Made by a program: the position numbers and the translations under genes. The notes beneath the pieces were generated by a model. It had not been told where the DNA came from and searched no databases. It was given only the letters and a program-made list of their open reading frames with translations. A stretch of DNA of 63,963 nucleotides, the filler included, from Basidioascus undulatus (Eukaryota): the NCBI GenBank assembly GCA_000826855.1. It is 3 parts of 3 records of this genome, joined end to end, with 100 filler letters (N's around TTAATTAATTAA, not from the genome) between each part and the next. Parts side by side here need not be neighbours in the genome. Positions count along the whole stretch, not along the records: positions 22,270 to 44,364 come from JTLS01000302.1; 2 more parts are not named here. The stretch is one strand, 5' to 3'. Numbering within the stretch: the stretch's first letter is position 1; every line of letters starts with the position of its first letter. Positions 26,499-39,624 of this stretch are shown one piece after another.

Positions 26499-26674
26499 GC
26501 TGGGCAATACGAGGCGGTAGGAGGGGGGCGACGGGGTGAAACGGGCGTGGAGAGGGGTCGCTGTGAGCGTATGGAGAAGACGAGCAGGCCTCGCAAAAGT
26601 CGCAGATGCGTCAGTCCAAGTTCGCGCGCACGCCCTCATGTCTCACTCGCCACGCACGGCCTTACGGGCGATTT

Positions 26675-26702
26675 TTCGAGACCTCTCGACGACATTCTTT
26701 TC
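26675..26702. promoter_or_regulatory. Possible degenerate heat-shock element upstream of the Hsp110 gene
   Basis: TTC-ga-GAc-ct-cTC...TTC with 5/10-bp phasing, ~180 bp upstream of the ATG. Several mismatches to nGAAn. Confidence 0.3.
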
Positions 26703-29700
26703 GATCTCTATGCCTCGCACGATCGTAATTCTTCTTTACGTTGAAGCTATAAAGGAAGATGCAAGTGAGGATATGCACAATGAAGAACAAAGCGACGGGA
26801 GAACCAGCGGAACCCTGCCTGAGGCGCCAAGAAAGTAAAATTTTCAACCTGTGTCCTCTGGACCGTGAATTACTGGCGGATACTCCTGTGCAATACATGA
26901 ATGGGTCCGTCGTCGGATTTCTCCCCTCAATCCCTGCCGCTGCAGCATGGGGAGCCTGCGGCGACCGGTTAGGAGCGTAAAGCAGTCCAAGGCGGTGTCC
27001 CCGCCTCCGGGCGCCAACACTGAGCTGAGGAGGATCGTGAAAGGCTTCGAAGCAGTTCCCATATGACCGACACCTACTCGAACTCACGGTGATCACTCGC
27101 GGCCGCAATTGGGGCGGAGGGAGGCGAAAAGGGGGGGTAAGCCGCGATCATTGCAAGAAGGCAACCCACAGCAGAGGCCAGCTACATTTGACTACTCAAC
27201 CGACAAGAATGAAACTTCCCTCCGAACCTCCTCCGCCAAAGGGCGATATAAGTGTGGAAAGGTACGTGTCGTTCAAGGAAGGGTCGTTGTCGATCTCTTT
27301 AACAGGCCGAAGCATGACGGTGCCCCTGGACTTTCTCAGGGCGAGATGTGAGCACACGAAAGTTTGATTTTTGAATGCAGCTTACTTCTCCGCGTCCTCA
27401 CCAATCTCCAGTAAAGTTGCTGTCTCATAACCCTCATATAAAAGGATATTCGAGCTTGACTAGCTTTCTCTCTTTCTGACCGGAAGAGCTGCCTCGAACT
27501 TCGGATTCGTTTCATTTCACCGCGTTCGTTCCTCTCATGGCGAAGGTCGTCGAGCATGAACGATGAACGATGGAGCGAGGGGGCTCAACACGCGGTGTAC
27601 GGGTAAACAGTGGGCGGCTTCACATCGCTGTTCTTTCTGATCATTAGACGAGGGAAGGGAAGACAATCAGTCACAATCGAGAATCCTCTATTTCTCTTAG
27701 CCTTTTTTGGGGGGGCTACAGCCGTACTCAAAGGATGCGACCCTAACACAAAGGCTGGGGAGAAATTCCATCTCACCCCGTTTGCTAATTGTTATGAACT
27801 ACGCAGTGAAGTATTTACATGTGCATGTGCATGTGATCTGTGTTGATGGGAAGACGATTCGTTTCACAAAGGCTAAGTTCATTGAACGAAGGTCGACTAT
27901 AATGCTATCTCCGCAATGTCAGCCTTGTCTTTTCATTTGATCTTTCTGAGCTCGTTTTCATTGCCCTCTGCCTACAGCGGCTATTTCTTGTAGAATATAT
28001 TAAAATTCGGTTTAGGTTCAGGAAACCCCTGTCCCGCATCTCTTGGGTCAGCGACACCTGAAAACAATCTTTTCGCCCGTTGTGCTTCCTTCAGCCCTCG
28101 TCCGGACCAGCCGGGCTGGTCGGATATTTGCGTGAGGAGCCGTGCGCCGGATTCGCGGCAGGGGTGGAGGGATCAAAGACGCGCGGTGGATGGCGGAGAT
28201 GGTTTATGGAGAGGACCGAGAAGGAAGTGGCGTGGGGCCTGAAGGGAAACGACTTAGACAAAGTGAATGTATGTTCCAATAGATGGTGCTCACCGTCACG
28301 ACATAGGCGTTCGCAGCGCTGTGAAACTTCATCGCTTCCGCGGTGTGCACGCCAGCTGCTGAAGGAACCCTGTCCGTTAGCTGGTGGTCCAGCCAGAGGA
28401 AGTTGGAGCAACTCGCCTTCGGTAACCAATAGCAGGCCGTTACTGCTCTCGCCCAATTGCGAGGAACCCGTACTGCGAGTTGGACGTTCGAAAGGAAAGT
28501 CCCACCCCGGACTTTTTTATCCACGCCGCACCTTCAAATGAGGAGAAGTATTGCATGCGTATATTTTGGCCCTAGAACCATCACAAGAGCCTCAGCATCC
28601 TGACAACGCTTGTTGTGTCGCTCGCTTGCACCCGACAGAGCTGGCAGCCTTACCCTAGTGAAGACTGCCTTCGAGGGCAGACTCGTTGGGAATGGTGATT
28701 TTCGAGAGCTGCACGATGGAATGCTAATTGGAAAGTGGTCGGGGCTGGCTCCTGGAGCGCATTCGCATACTGGGTCTCTGGTGCAGCATAAAGATGTCAA
28801 ATACGCCGTCAGATGGCTCCCAGATATTTCGAAAGGCGAATACAGCAGCTCTGGAGCCTCCTGCAAGATAGCCGCTCTGCCGCCACCCACACCGCTTCCC
28901 TTCCTTTCCAGCTTCCGCGACGAGACTGTATCCCAGATCTCCCCATGCCCCACGTTCCACACCCTCTACTAGAAGGGATTTCTCGCCGGAGGGTCCATCC
29001 CCGCTCCAGATCTTCCAAGGGTGCTCAAGGGGTTCTCCTCCGGCAGGGCCACCCGCGGTCAGGCTCTCCTTCGGCGGCGCCGCGCTCTCGTCGTTTCCCA
29101 TAGTCCTGCTCAAGATGATAGCGCTACGTTGAAAAGGCTTGATGAGGGATAAGGAGCTGGGAGAAATGTGTATCTGTTGCGCGATGAGAAGGGAAGAGGA
29201 CAAGGTGCATTTGTGACGAGACTTGCGGTCCTGCCCTCCTGTTGCGCTCGTTCTGCTCTATTCAGCCGCTTCGCCGCGATGCGCCGGACATCCACCCGCA
29301 GCCGGCCCTGCATGCATGTTGCAGGACATTTCCTCTGTCCACTTGTCCCTTCTGATGAAACTCACGGTTACGGCATATTTACTCCCACTTGGACAGAGAA
29401 AGAAATTTGAAGACGGCATTACTCAGCCAGGAGTGCAAGTCCCTGCTGCTGCTCGGCCGCAAGGCACTTGGAGTCTCACGCACCCCTTAAGGTTTGCTTC
29501 TGAATGTCACTCGAGGTTACCAGGTCTGAGTTCCACAGTCATGTCTGTACATGCCTCCTTGAGGACTTCGTAGCCTCGCCCAGTCCTTGTTCTGGGCTCA
29601 TGTATGCCAGAACTCAATTTCCAAGATCAATGGCAGTGGATCATAGGGACATGAAGCACAACCAATGAGCATGGGCTAACAAACCCCTTGCAATTCAGCT

Positions 29701-30274
29701 GCTCTGCTGCTCGCACAGTTGTCAGGGCGCAGGAACTGGCGCCAAGTGCATATACTTTCGCGCATGTAAGCAAAGGCTTTTCTGGAAAACCTATTCAGTT
29801 TTAGTGCAACTAAACTATATGTGGCGCAAGGGTCAGAATGGTCTCGTAATTGGGGAAGCAAAATCAACAAGTTTGCGGACCGTCTTAACTTGGTGCCCTA
29901 GGACATGCTGTCGTCAGACAAAACAAAATACCGGAGCACCGAGCAGCAGGTGGAGAAGTTGTGGTAAATATGATCGGTAAACATGCTGAAACAGTTTGGC
30001 TGACCACTCAACGATCAACCAATACTCCTCTTTGTCGAAACAGTAATGGTCTGTACGGCTTTCCAGGCAACCTTTTCTGAAGCACCCTTCTCTTAAGTCC
30101 CAGACTGTACGTAAATGTTTGTACGGCACTTTCCTCTTACTGCGTTTTTTCACAGCTCTCCAGTGCTTTCCGCCTGCTGTTCTTGCTCGCTCTGCTCGCC
30201 TTAGGCTTCGTTTCGCATCGCACTTTGGTACAATTTATAATTTTTCTATTATATTATTGTCACACACCGTGTGA

Positions 30275-30356
30275 GGTCTCTTCTTCTAGTGGTTAGGACG
30301 TCGGATTTTGATTTCTTAATATTCCGAAAACCTGGGTTCGAACCCCAGAGAGACCT
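30275..30356 (+). tRNA. tRNA-Gln(UUG) with a 10-nt intron (30312-30321)
   Basis: Acceptor stem GGTCTCT/AGAGACC. Anticodon stem TCGGA/TCCGA with TTG at 30308-30310. T-arm CTGGG-TTCGAAC-CCCAG. TTTT terminator at 30360-30363. Confidence 0.9.
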
Positions 30357-31038
30357 TGATTTTGCTGCTCTACCTTACTTAAGTGGCAGTGGCTGCCCCG
30401 GCGGCTATAGGGTACGACAGCCCGTTGTTTATGCCTGTTGGCAAGGGCTCGAGGCTCGCGTCGGTATTGCTGTATAAAGTGGGAACTTACTGACAGTTTT
30501 CGCTTGGTTGCAGATGACCTTCCTGTTGGGCAATGCAGCCCATGCCAAACTGTAGGTACAGCGAATCGTGCCGGTCACGACTGGACTGAAGACGAGTCGT
30601 ATTGCCAGGTCGACCGCATCAAATACAGTAGGAAGGACTTGCCTCATGTTATCAACTTTAGGGATGTGTGACGTATACACCCAGTAATTTCCTTCTCGTT
30701 GCAGGGAGGCCATGCCTAGTAAAGGTCAGCGCTCGCCCATCAATTGGCCAAGCTTCCTGGCAGGCGGCACCTTTCCCAGCCATTTTGTACACCGTTTGTC
30801 TAATCAGATTATATGGAACCCCAGTTTCAGAAAGATGAAAATTTCTAATTAGGCCATGAATGCTGCTCTTCCTTACCGACCGAGGGCGAGACGTGCTCGG
30901 GCGAGGTCGGCCCGCCCGAGCCCCGGCAACTCGCATCGCCGGCAGGTTGACATTGTCATCCACCGCTCAACTGCCCTCCCTCCCGACACCATCTTGTTCT
31001 CTCTTTCCTCCACTGACACTCATTAAAATACACTCGCC

Positions 31039-32760
31039 ATGAAAGCCTGGGTCGTCAAAGAGCTCACGCACCCGTCGAATCTCACGCTGTGTGTCTCGCT
31101 CGATGTCCGCATGCACGCCTCGATCTGACCTGCTCCCACAGGTCGCACGATGCGCCCGTCCCCAATCCCACAAAGTCCCAGGTGCTGGTGGAAGTCTACT
31201 CTGCGGGGCTCAATTTCTTCGACATCCTGTGCGTTGCGACGCCATGATAATCCTCCAGACATCTGCCTTATCGCCCGTTACTTTCGCAGGCAAGCGCAGG
31301 GCAAATATCAGAACCAGCCGCCCCTGCCCTTTACCTTGGGAGCCGAGTTCGCTGGGAGGATCCACCCATCCTCCCCGATTCCCCAGGGCTGCCCGTACAA
31401 GCACGGCGACCGCGTCTTCGGTGAGCCGTCCGCGGTGGTCTCTCGAGCGAGACCTGCAATGCTCACTCTTGTTTCGTTCTGCAGGCGTCGGGCAAGGTGC
31501 CTATGGCGAGATAATTGCCGCGGAAGCATATGCCCTGCTCCCGGTGCCAGAGGGCATGACGTTCGAAGAAGCTGCTGGTCAGTACTAGTATGCAGGATGT
31601 CGCTCCATCCACAAGCTCACACATGCTGTTCCTATAGGACTCTACATCACAATGCCTACTTCTTATGCTGCCCTGGTTGACCGAGCGAACGTGCAGAAGG
31701 GTGAGCCACACCAAAGGGGGGTTTCGAGGCGATCACTGTCCTAACCGTCCCTCCAGGCGAGTGGGTTTTGGTGCATGCCGGTGCTGGCGGTGTCGGGATT
31801 GCCGCCATCCAGATTGCGAAAGGTCAGCAGCTTAACTTTCTTTCGCCTACACCATAATCCGCTATGCTCGATGAGCTGACAATGTTCCGGGATCCGATCA
31901 GCACTCGGAGCTAATGTGATCGCCACCGCGGGCTCGCGGGACAAGCTGGCGCTGTGCAAGCGCTACGGGGCGGACCACGCGCTGGACTACCGGACCCCCG
32001 GCTGGCAGAAGGAGGTGCAGCGGATCACGGGAAAGGGAGCAGGTGCGTTGTTTACTTGAAACTTTTTGACAGCTTGCCTCGCGACTGACTCAACGACTCG
32101 TAGATGTCATCTGTGCGATCATCTTACTGGAGAGGGTTCTAGATTAGTCCGTATTGACTGACGTATCAATTTTTAGACGACCCGGTTGGTCTCATCAAGG
32201 ACTCGCTCAAGTGCATCGCGTGGAAGGGCAGGGCGCTCGTGATCGGCTTCGTCGCGGGCGATATTGAAAAGGTGAGCAGTAAGCTTCACCCAGTGCTTGC
32301 TCCTTGTCTTTTAAGACGCTTATATCTCATACTCCTGCCAGATCCCGACGAATCTGATCTTGCTGAAAAACGTCAGCTTGGTTGGACTGCACTGGGTATG
32401 CTTTCCCCGGCTCAGGGCTTGTCAGGGCTTCCCTGACCCGCTGGCTTGAACGCAGGGGGCCTATACCAAACACGAGCGCGAGACGATTCCGAAAGTGTGG
32501 AAGGCGCTGTTCGAGCTCTTCCGGACAGGTGCAGTCAAGCCGGTCGTTTTCGAGACGGTGTACGAGGGCCTCGAGAGCATGCGTGCGTCTTTCTCATCTA
32601 TCGTAGCCGCTTCTCGAAAAGATTCGCTGACATTCTTTACTTGATCTCTCGGCGCACAGCTGCGGGATTGCAGGCGCTCGAGACCAGGAAAACATACGGC
32701 AAGGCGGTGGTCCGCATCAAGCGCGACGAAGCGGCGGCCGAGGGAAAGGCGAAACTTTGA
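31039..32760 (+). CDS. NADPH:quinone oxidoreductase (zeta-crystallin-like MDR) with C-terminal PTS1
   Basis: [55 protein letters not shown] and RKTYGKAVV. Ends in AKL*. Confidence 0.92.
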
Positions 32761-33444
32761 TATGTCCGAGCGATGAGGAAGCATTTGATATGATCCGCGT
32801 TCATACACGTTCATCAAGAACAGTCTGTTTCAGGCGCGGCACAGCGAGCCTGCTGCTTGCAGTAAGTTGGTCTGCGGGTAGCGTCGCCCAGGAGTGAAGG
32901 CTCTACGGTGTCTCACTCCAATCGGGCATTACCAGTCAGCGCTAGACTTGAACACAGACTAACCGCCTCTTTCTATTCCGAAGGCCCGAAGCTGCCGTTT
33001 CGCATTGGTAGCCAGAGCCAAAGCGACCAGCGACCCCGCTTGCTGCGATGCTGGCTCTCGTCCGGCCTAGGCACTTGGACCTGTCTGAAAATGAAGATTC
33101 AGATCTTCTGTGGTCCGGCAGTCCTGAATTGTAGGTAGCGCAATGTTCACACGCAGCAAGAGAGCTGCTGCTTTGATCCCCTGCATGGATCCCGGTTACC
33201 TCAATAATGCACGTTATTGGGCTCCGTTACAAACTGAACTTCACTTATTTTTGTGAACAACGATCAGGATGTCACAACCAATGTTTTTAGTATTTGGCAG
33301 TGACATGTGTCTAGTCGGTGGGCGTTCCCGAGGAACAGCCGGTTGGCAAAAAGACCAAAATTAGGCGATGACGGTCTCTGCATCCTTTTCTCCTCCCACT
33401 TCGATCTTGACCACTACTCGTTTCCTCCCGTTTTATTCACAACG

Positions 33445-35259
33445 ATGGAGCAGCACCACCGTCTATCTTCTCTCGAAACCGAGCTGATCGACGAGATCGC
33501 CAGCCGAGTGTCGCCCACTTCGCTTCATTCGCTCGCGCTCACGTCCCGTCGAATGCATTCGATCGTCAACAGGCATCTTTACGTATCATCCCATCTCATA
33601 CTTCATCGCGACGTCGCCTCCCTCGAGCGCGTCCTCCATACGCGTCCCAAGTTTTCAAAGTTTCTCACCAGCTGGGACAGACCTGACTTGTCCTTCTCTT
33701 TGGACGCAGCGCCCGACTACGACGAGATCTTCATTCTAGGCGCTACTGTGCACGTGCAGCAATTCGCTCTACTGATCCCGTACATAAAGAGAATTACCGG
33801 CTGCTGTATCAGGGGTTTCAATGGGCGCAAATGTCTTCGCGAACTTCGCAGTTCCGCCTCCTGCCCGATCCTGAGAACCTCGAGCCACATGAGACCTCAC
33901 CGGACGACGTGCTTCAATTCCCTCCGCTTTCTGAGCCGGTCCAATCGCCCGAGTGGTAATCGCTCGCGGTGCTTCACATTGACAAGCTTCCGTTCAACCT
34001 GTCGTATGTGCTCTCCTACGCCCAAGCAATCCTCATCAAATGCTCCCCCACTGCATCACCATCCGCAATGAGCGTCTATCTGTCTTCCTGTCGCTCTGGG
34101 ACAACCTCTTTAGCACCCTTCAGACTCATGCCTCTGAGCAGGGGTGCACGTCCTGGCCCGCCCTCACGGACCTCACGCTCCGCGGAGGCGAACTTCCTGG
34201 CGAAGTTTACGATTTTCTAGCATCTTCGCTAAATCTCACCAGTCTGGACATTGGCAGTACGCCTTTCGCCACCGAAGTATGCTCATATTCCGCTGGGGTT
34301 GAAGCAGCTCGCATTCTAATCATCTTGCTGCCCTGTTTCCCGAGTCTCGAGCTCGTCCCCTTTCTCTACGACGTTTAGTTCTGTCTTTCTTCGACTCAGA
34401 CACGCTTACTCCGCTGGACTGTCTGAAAACCCTTCTCATGCATATTCGGGCATTCGACAATGTCAAGCGTCCGACCATCTCATTCCCGGAGGTTCGGTCG
34501 CTTGCAGCAAAGTTGAAGAGATGGACGACGAACTATTTGTCGGGCCCGGACACCCGCTTGTTGAACCTGTGAGCCACTGTTCAGTTCTCATTGTGTGGCG
34601 GGAAAATTTGCGGCGGAGCCTCTCGAGATTCCCAACGCCTACGAGCGTCGCGTCCGGACGTGGGCCGTTCTATTCGCCGATTACATGCCGAAGTTGCGCT
34701 GGTTCTCAGCCGTCCGCGGCTGTCGCTCCGTTTGGCGCATTGAGCGGGGCAGCGGGAGGGAACCGGCGGCACGATCCCGGCGGGCGGGGATGAGTCGAGA
34801 GCAGTTGCTTCTAAGTTCAAGGGCGAGGTGGTTTAAGAAGGAAAGGCCTCCGTGAGTCTCTGTTCATCAGTCCACCTCTGGGCTGTGCTGACCCTGTTGA
34901 TCTCGGCAGCGGTTGGCAAAGGTGGGGGTTTCTGAACGTAACGACGATCAGAGCGCGCACTGGTGGTACTTCTTTGCGTCCACAGAATCAACTGCCTGTA
35001 AGAAGGATCCGACTTCAGACACAAGATGCCCTCGTCGAAGCTCGCATTGCGTGGCTGGTTCACATATGTCGACCCACGCTGGGATTCCGACCATTTCAAC
35101 ATCATTATCAATCCTTCTACTCACGACATTTCAGACCTTAGTAGTGGCCAATGCTGCGGTAAATTACACATCAACGTAGCTTCCCACCAGTCGGCAGTAC
35201 CCATTTTGTGCCTCCAAAAGGGGCGAACTACTTCTTCCAGCGAATCCTTCGGGGAATAA
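33445..35259 (+). pseudogene. F-box-like/RNI pseudogene (longer subtype)
   Basis: LSSLETELIDEIASRVSPTSLHSLALTSRRMHSIVNRHLY. Downstream WPALTDLTL, CFPSLE and YMPKLRWF segments are separated by frame changes and stops. 3' end approximate. Confidence 0.6.
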
Positions 35260-36194
35260 CGGCATTTTGATGGCTCTCGCTGATCACTCGGACGACTACC
35301 ATGGCACGTTTGTGAGACAGCCGGCCTCGTAGCAAGACGTATGCTGCGAGCTAAGCGCGAGTTCAACGGAACGAATATACAGAACAGCTGCAGCCTCCTT
35401 AAGGTGAGGCTTGGGAGAGGGCCGGATTACCAAGGCGGGTATCAGCACACTTTGCAAAGGCGATCAAGATGCGGCGCTTCCGGCAACGAACGGTTTCCTG
35501 TCGGCCCACCCCTCCGGCGCTCCGGCGCTCCAAGCGCACGCACGCGCCCGATCTCTCGCCTTCCCCCTTCCCCTCCTCCGCGAAGACGAAGAAGCCCAAG
35601 CCTTCGCTCAAGCCTCTCCCTGACCTTCGCCGAGGAAATACGTCGCGCCGGAGAAATACGCGCAACTCAGCGCGCTACACGATCGGAGGATGACGTTTCG
35701 GACGACTCGCCAGCACACCACCCATCTGCAGCCCACAGTCCTCTCGCTCTAACTCTCGACTGTCTCGCATTGTAACCGGAACGTAATGAAAGCATGTCAG
35801 AAGCTGGAATGCGCAAATGGATACTTCGAGGTCAGCAGATGTGATGTCCCCTCTCAAGCAATGCAAAATGTCTTGTCGGCAACATGCGTTCCTTAGCAGA
35901 AGACAGCGAGTGAGCGAGCCACAAGAGCATTAAGCTCGAGTCCCATCAGAGTTCGATGAAACGTCCGAAGTAAGTTTTGGGCTAGGACTCTTCAACGCAG
36001 CTGCAAGGCACGACGAGCTTTCAAAACTTGTCTACTGACACTCGTCTCAAACACGAAATTTCGCTGACTGCCATCCTATCCCTCTCGCAGCCATCCTCTC
36101 TACCGCTTGAATTAGTTCTCCCAACTCGCCTGCCACCCACTGTCCTTTCCTACTTCTGCAGAACACCTTCCACCAGCTTTCGCCTTCCTGTATC

Positions 36195-38376
36195 ATGGCA
36201 GACCTCACGCCGGAGGAGACCATCGCCATCTTGACCGCGAACCGAACGGGGCAACTGGGGCCGTATCTCAGCGGCCTCGTCGCCCAGCAACTGCTGATGG
36301 GTATTCTATTGACGCAATGTTTCCATTACTTTGTTAGTTGTATCTTCGCTCATATAGGGGACCCTCGCGCCTGATTCCCCTGTGCGACTTCAGCACATGT
36401 TCCCCAAAGACAGCTGGCTCTGGAACAAGTCACTCGTTTTGTTCCTTCTCGTTTCAGGGGTCTGGCAGGTGAGTTCCTCCTTTTCTTTGAACGTCACTCT
36501 ACATGAGGCCTAATTATGCGGGTGCTCAGGCGGCATGCTCTTTGTGAGCATAGATTCATATAAACCAGCGTGTCCGTTGTTGGCTCATCCCGCTTTGCCC
36601 ACTTCGAAGCGAGATGCTTTGGTGCGTTGAGGCCATGGGACTTCTCGTAAGTTGATCCTGAATGACAGTCTTTTCACAGGTCCGTTTTCGTTTCTGGTTA
36701 CGGGGACATCCTCGGTGAGTCGATTACTCTGTTGCGGCCGATGAGCCATCTTGTGGCGCTTACGCTCCCGGAAAACAGACTATAACCACACGTAAGCCTG
36801 GTACTTCATTCATTTGGCCCCATAACTTGCTAATGTCTTCACGCGCAGACATGCGACATGGTGGCTGTCGCCCGCCTCGGTGGGCTATTCATCAGCCTCA
36901 CCGCTGCGCCTGCAAGTACTGACAACAAGCTTGGCCATCTAGACAGCTCTTGTCGCTTGTGCATCTCAGGTAGACGAAGGATACTGTGACGGACATTAAT
37001 TCCTGTTGACACCTCTTTACAACAGTCTTTCTTCCTCACCCGCTGCTGGCGAGTCACTCGCAACTGGTTGGTCTTGATATTGGGTGGCACGGGTATTCTA
37101 GTCGTGAGTGCGACAACTCGGAGGTCTAAGCAATATATTCTGAAACAATTGGGAGGTTCAAGTCTACCACGGCCGGAATTACGTTCGTCTCGAGTACTAG
37201 CCGCACTGGCGTCCGCGTTAGCTAATGAAGGTGCCCACTCGCAGCGTGACCAGCAGCGTTTTCAAGGTCGTTCTGTTTACTCGTCATACCGAGCCCATTG
37301 TCAAGATCCCAGTCTATGTCTGGCTCGTTGCCTCGAGTTTGACGGATGTGGGCATTAGCACGTTTTTGGTGAGCGTCTCCACCCAGTCCCCCGAGTCGTC
37401 TGACACCTAGGCAATTGCCAGATCATACACCTCCGCAAAAGCTCCACGGGGTTCAACTCAACGGATTCGGTACCGGGAACTGGCGCTTCGGTTCTTGCCT
37501 CTGTTTCTGATTCGGGTCAAGCTACAGGTCATTCGTAGCCTACTTAAGGTCACGCTGGAGACTTGCGGATGTGAGTGCTTCTCTTCTACATACCGAATTA
37601 TCGCCCTGACAAGGATTATTCGTTCGCCTTCAGTGACGACCGTTATTGTCCTCCTTGAGTGCGCACAAGCCGGACTGTGAATGGGCCCGCAACACGCACG
37701 CTGAATTGCCGTTTCACAGCTTCATCATCTACGCGACTACTGGCGATCAGCACATCGCCCATTTTGCGTTTCAATGTACATTTCTTGTACACACTCCCCA
37801 CCGTCTGCATTACTTACGCACCGCTGTCCAGTTATCATGGGCAAAGTGTACGCCCACAGCGTTCTCTACACCCTGAACGCGCGCATCAACATGCGTGCCA
37901 TTTTGGCGCGGACATCTGGTGTCGTACGCTCCATTTGTTTCACGAACTTTCATATGGGTGAACTGTTCTCACCTGCACTATCCAGGCTCAGTCAGGTTCC
38001 GGAGACCGCTCGCCGTCGGCCAATCGAACATTTGGCATGTTCCGCAAAACAGTGAGAAAGGAAACACTTTGGGCCCGTCGACCGCATTTGCTAAACCTTT
38101 GACTTGTGCGCTTAGACTCCCGCCGATACCTACAACCTCTCGCAGATCCAAGTACGCACGCAGGTCGACCAGCATATCGACGGGGGCCGCCCGAGCGAAG
38201 AGGACAAGGACGGCAGTCGCGCACCGCCGCCTGCTTTTGAGCGGACAAAGCAAATCTCCCTGGTCACATCTCACACACTTGCAGCCGATGGTGGATCGGT
38301 TGAAAGCTTTGAGGACCGGGATGCGTCGAGCACCAGCGAGCTGCGCAGAGAGCAGCGCCGAGCGGCTGCCGTTTGA
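36195..38376 (+). CDS. DUF6534-type multi-pass membrane protein, many small exons
   Basis: LGPYLSGLVAQQLLMGILLTQCFHYF, VWLVASSLTDVGIST, LRKSSTGFNSTDS, IRSLLKVTLET and MGKVYAHSVLYTLNAR. Confidence 0.8.
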
Positions 38377-39624
38377 GCTGCCGCTGAGTTGAGGTGGAGC
38401 GTAGAAGATTTTAATGTGATTTCCTTGTACAATAACTTGATTCGCTTTTTGGTGATTGATGCCTGTTTTGGCTTGTCAGTCCTTGACGCACGTCGACAAC
38501 TCTGGCAACTCCGAAGGCTACGACGGCGAAAGACAGCAACCCGCATTGCGGTCGAGCATCTGGAACCATCATCTTTTAAGACACTCTTCCCCAATATTAG
38601 TCTGTGGTGATACGACCCAATATTCACCAATGACTACTATTGCAGAATTCTCCCTGGCTTCTTTCCCGTGTCGCGTAGACAACGAAACCCATGTTGAGTG
38701 TCACCTGTACTCACGGCCCAAAGACACAGCATACGCGGATATATCAGCAAGCTACCCATTCGTTTTTCGCTATATAAACGCTTGTCGTCACGACCTCGAA
38801 TTGCTTGCGTGACTCCGGTAAGTTCATCCCGCCTTCCACATCCGCAGTTGGCACTTTCGAAGGTGTCAAGCAGCTTGGGTCTGCCGAGGAAGCCGCCGGC
38901 AATGAGAATCAAACTCTCTCGTGCTGCCTTGCATAACCACTGCATTTCAGCAGAGCTTTGGGATGTGCTTGGCAGAATTTGCTTTCGTGATGCAGGAGTG
39001 CCATCATCGGGCGAGCGGTCGTTTCCTTGCGAGATTGTCGCCGGATTACTTGGTACAGTTGCAAGGTCTGTTTAGGGAATCTCTCATCTTGCGAGCGAGT
39101 AAGTGATGCTTCTCTCGGGCCTTCAGGTGTCCTGCCCAAGCGACTACAATGCTTCAGTATCAGCTGAAACACACAATCCAGTGTCGAAACGTATTGATGT
39201 ATCCCCGCATAAATGATGCCGGATAAAGAAATAGGGTATCAATTGCTTGTATGGTCGCTAATCGACGGCTGCCGTCCCGGTCGACGATGAAACGTTCCAA
39301 CCATGGAAGACTTAACCGAGGGATGCCAATATTTCTACTAGCCTTGACTAACCGGAGATGAACGTGCAGCGGGTTGGAATTACTGTCACATAATGCTGTG
39401 GGGTGCCGAGATAATTGGTTTTGGATTGGGTTCAGCCATCCAGCGCACAGGTGCACGCTCAAGCCGCGAGCGACGCCTGGATGGCCGACTGTCATGCCGG
39501 TGCATTAGAAGGCCGACAGCGAGCCTGCAAGAGCTTCGTGCTTGCCTCGGCTTGGTGCTCTATCCTTTCCATTCTCAACAAACATCTCTTTTACCCATCG
39601 CGGTGACTGCTGGGAGCCGCAACC

